NCBI GenBank assembly: GCA_000934665.2
Contig: JYFJ02003974.1
Location: forward strand, 1-35,874
Length of the DNA stretch: 35,874 bases
Source of the DNA: Catajapyx aquilonaris
Lineage: Eukaryota
Direction of reading: 5' to 3'
The notes beneath the pieces were generated by a model. It ran no database searches. It saw nothing but the letters and a program-made list of their open reading frames with translations, and was not told where the DNA came from. This document shows positions 1 to 12,332 of the stretch, one piece after another; within the stretch, counting starts at the first letter, position 1; each line of letters opens with the position of its first letter. The translations under genes and the position numbers were made by a program.

Positions 1-437
1 CAAAAAACTCCTCCTGAGATTTTTTTTCTATGTCAGGGAAAGGGTCTGAGTTACAACATATTTAAAAATCGGATTTTTAAATTAGGCGGATTTTTTTTTA
101 AAAAACTTTGAAATTTTGAAAATGAGACAAAATTTTCAAAGAAATCACAATACGAATTTTCAATCCTTAGTGAGATTGGGCTCTCGAATCTCTTCAAAGG
201 GAGCTGTCTGCGACGTCTGTAGCTCAATTGGTTCACGAGATATGACCGATTTCTGAAACCCTACCTTCCGAAAAGGACGTTTTTTTCGGTGGGCCTATCT
301 CCGGGGAGGGGGGGTAAATCTCCAAACCGCGCAAATGGTATTTTTGAAAGACGTAATTAAAGCGATTCGCCGATTTTCGTCAAAATCTGACAACCCAAGG
401 GTCAGGGGGCTCGGTGAATTGACATGGAATGACCCCC
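1..437. mobile_element. Probable terminal part of a non-autonomous DNA transposon, truncated by the window edge
   Basis: Ends in ...TTGACATGGAATGACCCCC (reverse complement GGGGGTCATTCCATGTCAA), a terminus resembling TIRs of arthropod DNA elements, followed by TA. Interior is CpG-rich and non-coding, unlike the flank. The other TIR is outside the window, so TIR/TSD cannot be confirmed. Confidence 0.45.
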
Positions 438-2021
438 TAGCAAAATGACACACTTAGCAAATTTAGTAATGAACTTGTGTCCTTTCTCTCTGGCTCTAGC
501 AAAAACCTAGCACGAGGACAAAAAACCCAACTGTTCTACACACCCGTAACTTACAAAAATGGGCTTACAATTACATAAAATGACAACATCAAAAGATTAT
601 AAATTGTGACTATGCATTTTTTTAAACTGAGCACACTGTAGAGTGATTATACACATAGAGCATTCATGATATGTGTCTTACTAATGACTGGCAAGTACAC
701 AAACTGGCTTGTAAATAATACAAATGCTTTCAGGGACCCTTATTAAATTCATGAACAAAGGAAGGTCCTATCTACACTTAAAATCTGCAATCGATTTGGC
801 AGGCCTACGTTATGACCTCCCCTCTGACTTCACTTAATCAAGGGGGGAAAAATCAATGAAGAAGCAATCAAACTCATGTGACCCTTTCAAAGTTTGGTCC
901 AATGACCATAATTTCAAGCCACTCAGTAAGAATTTCCAGAAAATTGATCAAACTAGCCAGGCGGCATGAATGAAAGCTCAAGCAAATGGTAAAGTGGTTT
1001 GTAATGTGGAGCTCATTAAAAATTCGCATTATTTTCAGATGTCGCATTTCATTTTAACAGATAGTAACTGGAAATTGAGTAGTGATTAACTCCTCCAATA
1101 AAAAACAGACAGTTATTAATCTAGTAACTGGCAATATTTCACTTTAAATACACCAGCAAGAAGACAAATTGAGATTTATGAGACATCTTGATCAAAAACA
1201 TCGCTGTCAGTATTGGCAAACAATTTTCATAGCTTATCATAAGTTATAAATCATTCACACAGCCTTTTTGAGAAGCACATACTTTCCAAGTGGCATCACA
1301 ATGACAAGTCTACCTTATATCAGTCTGACTTCAATTCTACATATTATTACATATTCTGTTCAAGATCCCTTGAAATTAAACTACATTAGATTGATCTTTC
1401 ATAATATGTATCTTAAAATGTCGGTGACAGTACGGACCGCTCAAGGTATAAAGTTCCAGCATAAGAAGAGATACCAGATAAGAAATCATAGGTTGTACAA
1501 ATGAATGCAAAACACTTTCTTTTGTTAAGAAAATTTAGCCCACGCAATAACCAAGTGCTGTATTACATGGTGCAATGGGTCTGCTCTGATCTTATTCTCA
1601 TTCATGTGGACAGGACTCAAAAACATTTTAAAGCAAGATAGATGGCAGCAGTGTTGAAACTCACATAATTTCGTGATAATTGTGATGGTTTCCCACTCTC
1701 CCCACCTTTTGGCCATGAGTCATTACTGCTTGAATCCTCTCCAGCTATAGCATCATCTCCCATTCCAGAAAAATGTGACCACAGATTCTATCCTTTGAGA
1801 GCAGACTGATGTATCATTTTTAAGAATGTCTGTCACCATTATTTTCCCACCACTTCCAACATGGTTAGCTAGTAGATTAGGATTTTCCAGCTCTGACTTT
1901 GACCTCTGGCCCTGGTATTTTGTTCTGATCAAAACATATTGCACTGTAAGAATCAAGACTATTTGCTGAGATGTATGAGCCCAACAGGTTTAACTTGAGC
2001 ACTTCCCTAGTTCCTTTATAT

Positions 2022-2280
2022 CAGTGCCTCCCAAACTGTGGGTAGCGACCCCAAATGGAGACACAAACATAATATTTGGGGTCGCAAGGGAGGGTTAACT
2101 AGTTATTTTTACTAACTGATTCTGTCTCTCTGAAAAAATTTGCCCGTAAACGAGATGTGTTGATTTAGCAATTATTGTAATAATTGACTACCACCAAGGG
2201 GGGTGGAATTAGAAGTGGGCGTCGAGAATTTTACGAAACTATTTTTTGGGGTCGCCAATGGAAAGGATTGGGACGTACTG
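2022..2280. mobile_element. hAT-family MITE (259 bp) in an LPCAT intron
   Basis: Imperfect TIRs CAGTGCCTCCCAAAC / GATTGGGACGTACTG; perfect 8-bp TSD CTTTATAT at 2014-2021 and 2281-2288; subterminal GCGACCCC/GGGGTCGC motifs. Confidence 0.85.
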
Positions 2281-2315
2281 CTTTATATATTAGGCTGCCA
2301 ATATAAGAATCTTCA

Positions 2316-2318
<3 letters not shown>

Positions 2319-2356
<38 letters not shown>
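2319..2356. repeat. (AG)19 microsatellite
   Basis: Directly visible; starts about 12 nt into the intron after the LPCAT exon donor. Confidence 0.97.
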
Positions 2357-2360
<4 letters not shown>

Positions 2361-2368
2361 ACACTAAC

Positions 2369-2781
2369 TTCCTCCAGCCTGAGATGGGTTTGTCATGCTT
2401 GTCCATGGACCCTGCTCCAGCCAACCCAATAAACGCAACAATCCATGCCACGATCAGGCAGATGAGTATGGAGACAACCCTCAGTGGCATCACTGTGACA
2501 GTCATCAGCAACACTTTGATCTTTTGGTAGGCAGTGGGTAGGCTTAGATGTTCAACAAATGGGTTGAGAGGTAGCCAAGGTCCCATCCTCCCCTTGGTTC
2601 CTCGGCCCAGGACACCACAGCTCAGTTTCGTGGCCAACCCTTTCTTCTTCTTTGCCAAGGCAGGGAGATCTCCAGGGAGGCGCCATAAATTCTGTGTTGG
2701 GAGCTCGTCCTTCTTGGGAGACACCTTGCTGTTGGGATGATCAACGTGGTTGGCCACTTTGCCCGATTCAGACATGCCTGC
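2369..2781 (-). CDS. LPCAT: Lysophosphatidylcholine acyltransferase (LPCAT1/2-like), first large coding exon; rest of gene lies left of the window
   Basis: Translation LNPFVEHLSLPTAYQKIKVLLMTVTVMPLRVVSILICLIVAWIVAFIGL...KPISGWRK matches the LPCAT N-terminus (NPF motif, TM helix, WRK). Acceptor ttcacag|GCAGGCATG (ATG at 2775); phase-2 donor AGGAA|gttagt at 2368. Confidence 0.9.
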
Positions 2782-4959
2782 CTGTGAATTAAAGATGCAT
2801 ATTCAGCCAGACAGTCACACATGTTGCTACATGATGGAGGCAACCCTTGCAATCTCTTTCATCAGCGTAAACTTTCGAGTTAGTATCCATCTGTCTGGTG
2901 TATGTGAGTGCCAACATAAACACTCTTAAAGGTGAAGAAATAATGTTCCACTTATGATTCCAAACTGACAAGTTTAAGGAGCACTATGCCTTGCTTCTTC
3001 ATCATCCCTTCAACTAACTTATGAGGAAAAAAAACGCTGAGTACGTTTATATTCAGTTGTGTATGTGTACCGATAGTTAAATATTTGCGCTGGTTTCTCA
3101 TCCCACAGTTATAGTGAACTTGCAGTGGGCTTCTGTGACAGTTATAGAAATCCATTAATAGAAAAAATACAAACATGTCCAGGTGCCTTTAAAAAGATAA
3201 TCTCAAATTAAATAACAGTACAGACTTTTGTCTGCCTCCAATGACAGCTAACGTTATGTAGAGCTCAAGAAAGAATAACTAAATCCCTCAAAACTATCAC
3301 ATATGTAATGCTAGGGATGACTGCCGCACTATTTCCGTATGTCCATTTATTCCTTACTAAATCATGTATTACTATGCAGGACTGCTGCATTATCCTTTCC
3401 TAGATATCGTAAGGTAAAGTGCTGCAAGTATTGCCAAGTATTGCATGGTGTGTTAGCTAGGCATATGATACTCATCCTGATGATTCATGTGCTTCAATAA
3501 GGAAAAAAAAGACAACCCAGTATCACTCTCATGGTCACTCGCCATTCCTTCCTGTCATATATAATTAAACCGTAGCATGCTGCAGCTCAAGTTCTCCTTA
3601 TCATCATACAAACAGATAAGCAACACTGACCGACACCATAATATCTAATGAAAGTGATACCACACAGTATATCACTACAAAATTTCTAGGCAATCATAAC
3701 ACTGATTAATGATTACTGCAAAGGAAGGAATATGCAAAAAGGATTTCTGTGCATGGAAAAGAGCAGATACCTTTTTTGGCACATTACTGGGAGCCGGGCA
3801 CTTTTACAGCACTACTCACACCTCATTCCATGTTCTCAGGTTTTGTAGATTACAATCTGGGCATCCCCATGGAAACTCACTTGTCCACATTTGAATTCCC
3901 ACAATAAATGCACAACAATTGGAGCACAACACAAGCCTCCGAACATGAATAACAAGACCTTGCTCAAATAATGAATTATTGATCCCTCTCCAAACAGCAT
4001 CTTCCCACAATGTGAAGTGCATATCAAGTTCTTATATATTCTACCCGCATTCCCAATTCCATTCGCATTCTTACCCTTCCCTCTGATAGAACGCTGAGTT
4101 TGCATGTCACTATCGGTACAATTCAATGCTCCAGTTTCTTTCCTGAGGCTTACCCCAGTGCATAAGCTCACCGACTCCTTTTCTTGGCAGGAGCGTAAGT
4201 GTGCTTTGTTACAGGTGGAGAGAAATCAATGGGGGAAGAGGTGAGCGCAGTTCATTCTTTAACGACTGCCGATAACCGACAAACACTTTAAGAGTACTCC
4301 TCATTAGTGCAGGTCAATGCAAATGATATTAGGGGTGGCCTGATATATGCAAATTCTCAGCTGATGCGAATCATTCCACTGGCGCAGTTCACAGCTTCAT
4401 GAACCCGACAATAAATTATTCCACGTCACGCACGCAGCGAAACTACACACACGCAAACCCAACGCGACACTCGCTCCAACGCAACACTGTCCCCCCTCCC
4501 TGCAAATTCGGGGAATACTCTACCCCCCCTCCCTAAACTATCGACGTCAGTACCGAACTCGTGTGCGACACTTCCCCGGGCACAGCGCCCACAACCACCG
4601 ACGGAAGAGACGCAGAATGCCCAATCGAGATGGAACAGCACCCGGTGCAGAAGAAGAACCCTTTTCTTTAAAAAAAAAATATAATAATAGAAGGAATGGA
4701 ACTACAGCAATCAACACGTTGTACCTGTCAAAATATGATGGGAAGGGTGACGTACTTGGGACGTACGCCGGGAGGAGACCTGACGGGGAGTACCTCGCCT
4801 GCCTCACCAGGGAATAGAAATATGAGCCTTCCTTGGCGCTTGGCCTCACTCTGCTGCTGCCAGCGAACGAACGTGTGAAGAAGAGGGGAGGGAGGCTGCT
4901 GGGAGAGAGGGGGGAAAGGGGCGGGTGGAGGGGAAATAAAGGGGTGGAGGTGGGTTAAC

Positions 4960-4971
4960 CTCGTCAGACAT
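4960..4971 (-). CDS. LPCAT: Candidate LPCAT first coding micro-exon (MSDE)
   Basis: Good Kozak context ccgcccgccATG TCT GAC GAG|gttaac in a GC/CpG-rich promoter-like region; phase 0 joins in frame to GCA GGC ATG of the 2781 exon. Donor is only moderate. Confidence 0.5.
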
Positions 4972-7915
4972 GGCGGGCGGGCAATGGGAGAGGCCCAGTC
5001 TCATGCAGGCGGGGAGTTCGAATCAGGAAGGGCAGTGGCAAACGACGGGGTCGTGTCTCGTGTGAACCAGACGCACATTGAGAATGAGAGCCCTGACGCA
5101 CATGGTTCACAAATTCAAGTCAAAGACATTTAAAAACCAGCCTTTCCTCTCTTCATATACTCTGCTTCGTTTCTCTCTCCATCTGCCCCACCTTTGCATC
5201 TTCTTATAGCCAGATAGCCATAGTGTTGCTTTGGCTGCTTCCTAATAAACTAAACTAAAACTCTACTAGAGTGCTACTACTAAAGCTCTATTGCTTGAAG
5301 TAACAGATTATTGTACTCATTATAAGAGATTTTTAACGTGTCTACAGGGCATCATCTGCACCCTTGAATTCCTGTATCTTGGAATGCCATATATCCTTGA
5401 ATGAGTACTGAAACTAATGCATCAACGCACAACCACATGTGTGCAAGACTACGCTTTCAGAATGAGTGTTGCAGTTGTGCCCATGTTGTCAGGTCGTTAC
5501 TGCCTTCATGCATGTAGCAAACGCATCATTCTGTAGTCTGCTGGTGCTTCAAGAAGATAAACTCGAGGTATGGTAAGGAAGTCATGATGGGTCTGAATAA
5601 CAGTTTTTAGCCTTGTTGCAGACATATTCTAATTACTTAATTACATGCTTAAAAACATGCACTTTACCAAGGGCTGCTTCCACTAACATTACCTATCCTA
5701 GTGGTTTCTATTGTTTGCCTATGATTGTTTGCATGACAAGTATTAATTTCCCTAACGCATCCTTTTGTAACCTAACCTTTTAAAATCCTTGGTACTAATC
5801 AGAAAAAGGAAATGACACAAGTCACATTTTATTGTTTCTTATCCATAAACATTGCTATGTACCCTTCAAACATTTGCAGGAAGTTTTACAATGCCGATGT
5901 GACTATACTTTCAATTTTTGGTCGGCACCTTCCTTCAGTGTTTCGCACTCAACCACATCCACACTCACACCATGGTTTTTTTGTTTTTGTTTTTGTTTTT
6001 TTTTTGGCACTCGGGAGGGTGACACACTTGGGGAGGAAACATGTACATTGGGGGGACTTGATCCTAGAGACCTGCACCTGCTTTTTCCACATGACCCGAG
6101 CACCAGAGTTGGTTTAGGTAATCCAAAATCAGAGGAAAAAAACAGAGAATGACTGAAGAACAGGAACAAAGTACAGAAACATGTCCCGAACAGCCGTATA
6201 CCAAAATGGACCACACACATTCACATTTATCAGACACATATTCTCACTCGACTGTTTAGTTATTTATACAGCTATCATTGAGCTAGGCTACAATCACAAC
6301 TATTCACATCAAGTCCTCAACAACATGTGACATGCCAGATTTTATCCTTTGAATTAATTTTTCCACATTGAGAACACACCTACACAAAACTTTGGTAAAT
6401 GCAACATCCTCACATTTCTGATCGATTCACACCACCATTGATGATGTTAATACTGGCAGGTTAGTTGAGGACCATCCGATCTATGAGCTCTCTCACTTGT
6501 GTAGTATTTTTTCATTGAAATAGAGTGGAGCTAATCCACACCTGAAAGGAGCTCTGCTATGACAGAAAATGATGGATATGAGGAGAAAGACAATAGAAGA
6601 AGAGGGGAAACAAAGGGAATTTGTGGCAGAGAGGCGAATCATAAAAAAACATTCACATTCACAAAAGGTAGGGGGGTGAAGGTAGGGAGAAATAGTGTGG
6701 AGTTGTTCACACCTGAGTTTTATGTTGCCCTCCAGTTCACTTTTTCTTCAATTTCCAGAGACAAAAAGAATGCACCAGTCACTGAATTCCAACAAATTAT
6801 TCCGCCTCCCAAACTACTGCGTTTCCGAGGGCTAAATGCAAAACATGGCAAAAACTGATGAGAGTACACATGTGTCCACACATTGTGCCCTTTATTCACA
6901 TTATTATTTCCCTGTTTGCTTCCTTTGGTTAGTGGAAAGGGCGAGTCCCCCATGTCAAACCCCCCCAATAAATAGAATAAATCCTGCTATTAGTATGAAC
7001 AGTACAGCTAAATCAATATACGTAAGGTACCTTTCCTTTCATGAACATCAACTGAATCTAAAAGGATAATGAAGTTATTCAATAATGCCTATGTGGTGTG
7101 TATCGCAGAATATTGCAACAGGCAATTTTTGTACATACACATACTGGGAAGAAACACATTTATTATTATCACCTGTTGAAATCATTCTGCGACACACACA
7201 ATATAAATTTTCATGAAACATTCCTTCACCAATGTGAGGGTCAGTTATTGCAGATCGGTTATGGACTTTCACTTGTTCCAAATTTCTAAAGAAACACAAT
7301 AAATGAATTGTATGTACCTCCAGTCATCCTGTAAATTAATAATTAAGTGTAAATTTTAAAAATTACAGAAAGCCATTCCAATGCATGTAGCACAAATTAT
7401 AATTTTTTCCTTGCAACTTTTGACTACAATCACCATCAACAAGACATGAAATGGCAGTGATATTACAACAGCAGCAACAACAACAACGATAACAACAACA
7501 AAATCAGATACCAGGACGCGAAGGAAGACTGATAGATTTTAATAAACTTGCTGAACCTAAAATTGAGTGTTTCAGGAGCAATAATAATTCATGGACTCAC
7601 CCTTGCCACCAATTATTTTCAAGGGAAAGCAGAAAAAATGCACAAACACTTGTTTCAAATCACACCTGGATTGAGCGACCTTTTTCTCTTCATCTCCTTA
7701 TTCATGTTTCCCTCTGCCTTTTTTGCCGCCGTTGAGCAAAAAATATTGGGGGAGGAGAAAGGTAGAGGGTGGTTATAATGTTCGTCTTGTAGTATGTGTT
7801 TGTGAGGCAGTTTTCCATCTGAGATGTGGTGACATCACATTCGCCAGGTGCTAGCTGCTCTCCATCCACGTGGCCACCCTGCGTTGCCCTGCGGAGGGGC
7901 ACACTATGAGACTTC

Positions 7916-7935
7916 TCATCGAAATATGTTATGCT
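7916..7935 (-). CDS. PDE7: PDE7 possible terminal micro-exon (EHNIFR*), alternative to stopping at 8008
   Basis: Donor TCAG|gtgggt at 8015 and acceptor ctgacttttggctag| at 7936 define an 80-nt phase-1 intron with a branch-point-like CTGAC; TGA at 7918-7916. Confidence 0.4.
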
Positions 7936-8007
7936 CTAGCCAAAAGTCAGGCCTCCTAGTGTTTCATAACATCTCTTACCCTGTAATCTACTCTATCAAT
8001 CAATCAA

Positions 8008-8286
8008 CTACCCACCTGAGCCTGGAGTGAGTGCATCAACTGGCAGAGATCCCCTCCTCCTTTCCAGAAGTGGGTGTTGTGCAGGTGGACCTGGACCTCT
8101 TCCCCTTCCTCCACCTCCAAGCAGCTCCAGGCTGCCCCAAGCTAACCCACGGTCTGGCCCAAGGGCAGCAGCAGCCTCTGCAGGATACACTCCATTTCCA
8201 GCCTGACCCAGGGCTGCCCATGAGAACAACTCAGGTCCCCCTGAGCGCCTGCGCTTCAGGTTTGCAGATCGTTTGCCCAGAGCCAG
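8008..8286 (-). CDS. PDE7: PDE7 C-terminal tail exon (LALGKRSANLKRRRSGG...RRRGSLPVDALTPGSGG*)
   Basis: Acceptor ccctccaaaag|CTG, phase 0, matches the AAG|gtgagt donor at 9015; carries the same RRGSLP motif as the upstream exon; ends at TAG 8010-8008 or splices at 8016. Confidence 0.7.
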   Translation of the reverse strand: MALGKRSANLKRRRSGGPELFSWAALGQAGNGVYPAEAAAALGPDRGLAWGSLELLGGGGRGRGPGPPAQHPLLERRRGSLPVDALTPGSGG

Positions 8287-9015
8287 CTTTTGGAGGGATC
8301 ATAATAACATTCATGTCCTTTGGTCACACAAATTCAATAGCACATGCTAAATTACTTATGATGTAAAAGGCAAATTAATTTTTTTTATTTTCTCCTTCCC
8401 TTCAAAAAAAATCACCAGTGTTCTGAATAAAACAATGCAAATACTCTCAAAATGCTTACAATATTTTATGTGAATACCGATACGAGGCTTCAGAAATAAA
8501 TCCACAGCACCAGTAAATATATTTTATTTTCCTCTGCAATGACTTACTTGCCAGAACATTATGGTATGAACTTTACACTCCGTCAGTACAGGCCTCTATC
8601 ATGAAGTCCTCTACAACAAAGACAGTTACAGGACATGTTTGACAAACTAATCTTTCCTGCTGGTGTAGGGATATCAGCCATTTTTTTTCTGTATCAAGGC
8701 TGCCCATAATTTAGTTTGAAGGGCTTATGAGAGGTAATGGGGTAAAAATTACCCACTGGCAAGATGTATATTGCTGTACTGTACATTTTCAAAATGTACC
8801 CAACGAAACACAGTGCACTGATATGTTATGTTTCATGTAATGGAACACTGAAAAATGGGGGATAATCCAATTTACTAAAAACCTACATAAGCCCTTGCAA
8901 ATCTGCACATATCCCACTTCTTCCTCACAGCATCCAAGGTTGTGTGGTTGAAGCTGATTCATTGCATCTTACCACACACTGTGACAGTGACTTCCAATTT
9001 AGACCACACACTCAC

Positions 9016-9956
9016 CTTGTTGGCTGCCTCATGGTCTGAAGGTACTGATCCCCTCCTGGCAGTGAGTCTCCAGAGAGCAGTAGCATGTAACTGTGCTCCA
9101 CCCTCGCCTCCCACATCTGTAGCAGCCACCACCAGCATGGCTGCTGCGTCTGCTGGGAGCGATCCCCTCCTGACCAGTGCTGGTCCACGAGGATTATCCC
9201 TGGCCTTCAGAACCTGCCTGGAACCCTCCATTGGAGCTGATGCTCTTCTTGCCCACCTTCCATCTAAGCCCCACCCAAACTCCGACTCCCACCACACCCC
9301 TTCCTTCACTAGCCCAACAGGTGCAGACCCTCGCCTGCTGGTCAGTCTCTCCTTCACTCCTGCCACTTGAGGAGCATGCCTAGTCATGGCCACACCTCTT
9401 GATTCAATGTCTGCACCATCTTCAGTCAAGCTCCTCCAGGCTCTCTGCCTCCACCCATTGGCACCATTGCCTCTTCTAGAGGCAGGTGGAATCACATTCT
9501 CCTTTTCAACCTCACGGTGTCTCCGTCTAGTAGCTGGTAGTTCAACTGGCGTTGCCACTTGTGGTGGTGTACAACAGCCATTCTTGCATTTTGGGACATC
9601 ACCATGAGAAGAAGATGAAGAGCTTTCTGATCCCTCAGCCCCTCCTGAAGCCCCACCTTCTTTCTCATCAGAGGTTTCAGATGCAGCTGAAGCAGAAGCT
9701 GATAGGGATGCCTCCTCACAGCAGGAGCTGAGTTCCAGAGCAGCACTTAGGTATCGGGCCCTAAATGCAGCCGCACTTGACTGTGGTGGTGGGAAGGTCT
9801 GCTGGCGTGACAGCCGAGGCAAGGTTGGGCGGTTAAGCAGGGTGGCCAAGCGCGTTGTGTCATCCCGAGAAGATATTGATGCAATGGATGGCTCAGGTAA
9901 CAGGGCATCTGCATCTCGAGGGGTGGTTGGTGGAAGGTTTGCAGTCACAGACACAC
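9016..9956 (-). CDS. PDE7: PDE7 C-terminal low-complexity exon
   Basis: 941-nt open exon; acceptor cctgattcag|GT (phase 1), donor AACAAG|gtgagt (phase 0); Ser/Ala/Arg-rich with RRGSAP, RRASAP, RRGSLP, RRGSVP. Confidence 0.8.
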
Positions 9957-10150
9957 CTGAATCAGGAATAATTTGTGTTAAAATACAATTTTAATTTTTA
10001 ATATCACATCAATATAGCAATATGTTGGAGAGTTTCCTCAGATGGAAGTTCTACATGGAATCAGATGCTAAGAAATAAATTAAAATTGCTTCCATTTAAT
10101 TAGTGTCCTACGAAGGCTCAGATGTACAACATGGAGAATAATGTGCTCAC

Positions 10151-10708
10151 CTGACATTATGGACAGTGAAGAGAGATTAAGGCCATCATTCCTGTGCCAT
10201 ATGGTAGCAGAAGGAAACCTCCTCGGAGGTGCTGAGGGAAGGCTTTCCCTCCTGATTGTGGTCCTTGCTGCAGGTGGCTTGGGGATGCTGAGGGGAACTG
10301 AATGCCTTCTGAGCTGCCCTGCACCTGTTCCCACTCCTTCTGCATCATCATCATCCCCAGGCAGTCCTTCCCTCACACGCAGAAGACTTGAAGAAGAAGC
10401 CCTCCTGGATGATGAGCTCATCCCTTCCTCTGACGAAGACGACCTGCGAGTGCTGGAAATCTCCCCTGCCAGTAGAGCTGACCCTATTGCCCCTCCCACT
10501 AATTCCTCTTCATCTGAATCTATTCTGGGGTCAATTGGCTCTGTATCAGATATCTCAGTGCGGGTCTCTTCTGCAAGTTCCTGCTGTAACAGCGCTTCCC
10601 AGCGATCATGGTTGGTCTTAAGGTTGTTGAGCATGCGAGTGGAGAGGTTTGTCTTCAAAAATCGGTGCCACTCCTCAAACAAGGGGGACACCACAAATTT
10701 GAAAAAGC
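10151..10708 (-). CDS. PDE7: PDE7 end of catalytic domain and start of C-terminal tail
   Basis: (G)FFKFVVSPLFEEWHRFLKTNLSTRMLNNLKTNHDRW is the final class I PDEase helical segment; acceptor tttgcag|, donor TCAG|gtgagc. Confidence 0.92.
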
Positions 10709-10923
10709 CTGCAAAGCATGAGAAATTTTAATAATTCCCAGTGATTATTTTAGTTATACCCCATTACTGTTATGATTATCAAGTTCTCTCTCAGGTGGTG
10801 TCTTTCAGTACGTATTAAGAGAGAGACAATAAAAATATGTTTATTTCTATTCTATGCATTTAACTTAAGGTTAATAATGCAGAAAAGCTCCACAACTTTT
10901 GCCAAGAAAATGAGAAGACTGAC

Positions 10924-11338
10924 CTGACTGAATCTTGGGCACAGACGTCGACTGCCTGTCGCACAAGGAAGTGACTGGGAGATGAAGCCTTCTCTCGTAA
11001 TCCCCTTGTCTGAAAAACTCTTCACAAACTTTGTAGCTCCACCTCCTGCTCACCTCCCAGGGCCTGCAGGGGTTGCAAATATCTGCACATTTCAGAGCTA
11101 TTTGCAGGATGAAATGCCTATGTTCCGGCAGACGCATGTCCAGACCATCCTCATCCAGGTAGCGCCGAAAACCACACAAGAACTCCTGCTGCCGTGTTAT
11201 GTCTGTGGCCAAGATCAATGACTTGAGCTGTTCCTCCAGTTGGGATACCACAGATGGGCCCAGGGCTGCCCCAACTCCACTCTCACTAACACATCCCATT
11301 GCCGACCTCCAGTGATGGTTCTCTAGCACTGATGTGTT
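10924..11338 (-). CDS. PDE7: PDE7 catalytic exon
   Basis: [53 protein letters not shown], invariant Gln in KIQSG. The ENHHW, ADICNP and SxxWS signatures fit PDE7 rather than PDE4. Canonical splice sites. Confidence 0.95.
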
Positions 11339-11436
11339 CTGCAAGGAGTTAAGCCACGTGAGTTAAAACCAGTTGGGCAAGATTACTTCAATTTATTAAT
11401 GACGTGCAGCGGACCTGGTGATAACACGTTCCTTCA

Positions 11437-11549
11437 TTTATTGGCTAGCATAGTGGTAAGGGACAGTGTAATGATGTCACAGTGTATGCCTGTATAAGGG
11501 ATCCTTACACTGGCCTTGCAGGCTTGAAATCTAGCATGTAGCCAATAAA
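11437..11549. repeat. Imperfect ~113-bp foldback in a PDE7 intron
   Basis: Outer arms TTTATTGGCTA (11437-11447) / TAGCCAATAAA (11539-11549); inner arms CAGTGTAA (11464-11471) / TTACACTG (11505-11512). Confidence 0.6.
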
Positions 11550-11931
11550 CTAATACACCTAATGACAATGCCAATGGAACAGTACATTTTCAACAAATAT
11601 TACTTCACAGATAACATGTAGATGTCCCAAAAAAATTTATGAAGAGGTCACTATTTTTTGTAAAATATTGACTTCAACGTAAGTTGGTCAAGATGACGTC
11701 ATTTTACCTTATGTAAACATATACAGTATTTACCTTGAAAACATACTGTATGCATAATCTTACATAATTTTGCAAATACCAGTCCAAATCCAATAGATTT
11801 CTTTCAGAATACACAGTAAATGTTATTTCTGTACTGATGGAAAGTCATTTTACTGTACACCACATCAAAAATTGCCATAGCAGTAGTTCTCAAAGTCAAA
11901 ATGAGCTTACCAAATGCAAATGTAAACTTAC

Positions 11932-12063
11932 TTTGTACAGGGCTGCTAAATGGTTAGAAGTAGCCACAAGAAACGGTTGGTTGACCCCAGGATGATCCAA
12001 GTCATGAGTCACAGCGGCAAGGAGTGCTGCCATTGCCTCCATTGGTGTCATATGTTCACGTAT
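11932..12063 (-). CDS. PDE7: PDE7 catalytic exon (metal-binding HD motif)
   Basis: [57 protein letters not shown] matches PDE7 as recalled. Acceptor cttaag|ATA, donor AAA|gtaagt. Confidence 0.95.
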
Positions 12064-12135
12064 CTTAAGAGAGTGAAAAGTTGTTTGCATTCTCAATTAT
12101 GATGGATGTAACGACCTAGTGGAGTCTGATGCTAC

Positions 12136-12332
12136 CTTGTCCTCCTGAAGGAAGCAGTGCATGGCCTGAGTGACATCAGTGGCATGGATGGCATTGTGGT
12201 AAGGATTGCTACCGTGATAGCCCTCCTCTATGAGGCAGAAGAGTTTCCACACTTTGACAGCATCCAATCCAAAGTGATCCAGGAAGCCATACCAGTGGAA
12301 AAGGTAAGTACAGAGGACAGGTAGAGAACGGC
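12136..12332 (-). CDS. PDE7: PDE7 catalytic exon (YHN motif)
   Basis: Frame not in the ORF track: (G)[65 protein letters not shown]; acceptor cttacag|, donor AAG|gtagca. Confidence 0.95.

Noticed and set aside
1700..1956. Acceptor-like site near 1944 as the next LPCAT exon
   Set aside because: The required phase-2 frame stops after about 22 codons and has no LPCAT similarity; the next exon is probably outside the window.
7702..7902. 66-aa minus ORF as an extra PDE7 exon
   Set aside because: Its frame is incompatible with the phase-1 donor at 8015 via the 7936 acceptor; more likely 3' UTR.
8942..10731. Plus-strand ORFs 8942-9370, 9386-9607 and 10141-10731
   Set aside because: Antisense shadows of GC-rich PDE7 exons with no independent homology.
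11441..11544. tRNA gene (A-box-like TAGCATAGTGG, GGCTA/TAGCC ends)
   Set aside because: No proper D, anticodon or T arms and no GTTC motif; better described as a simple foldback.
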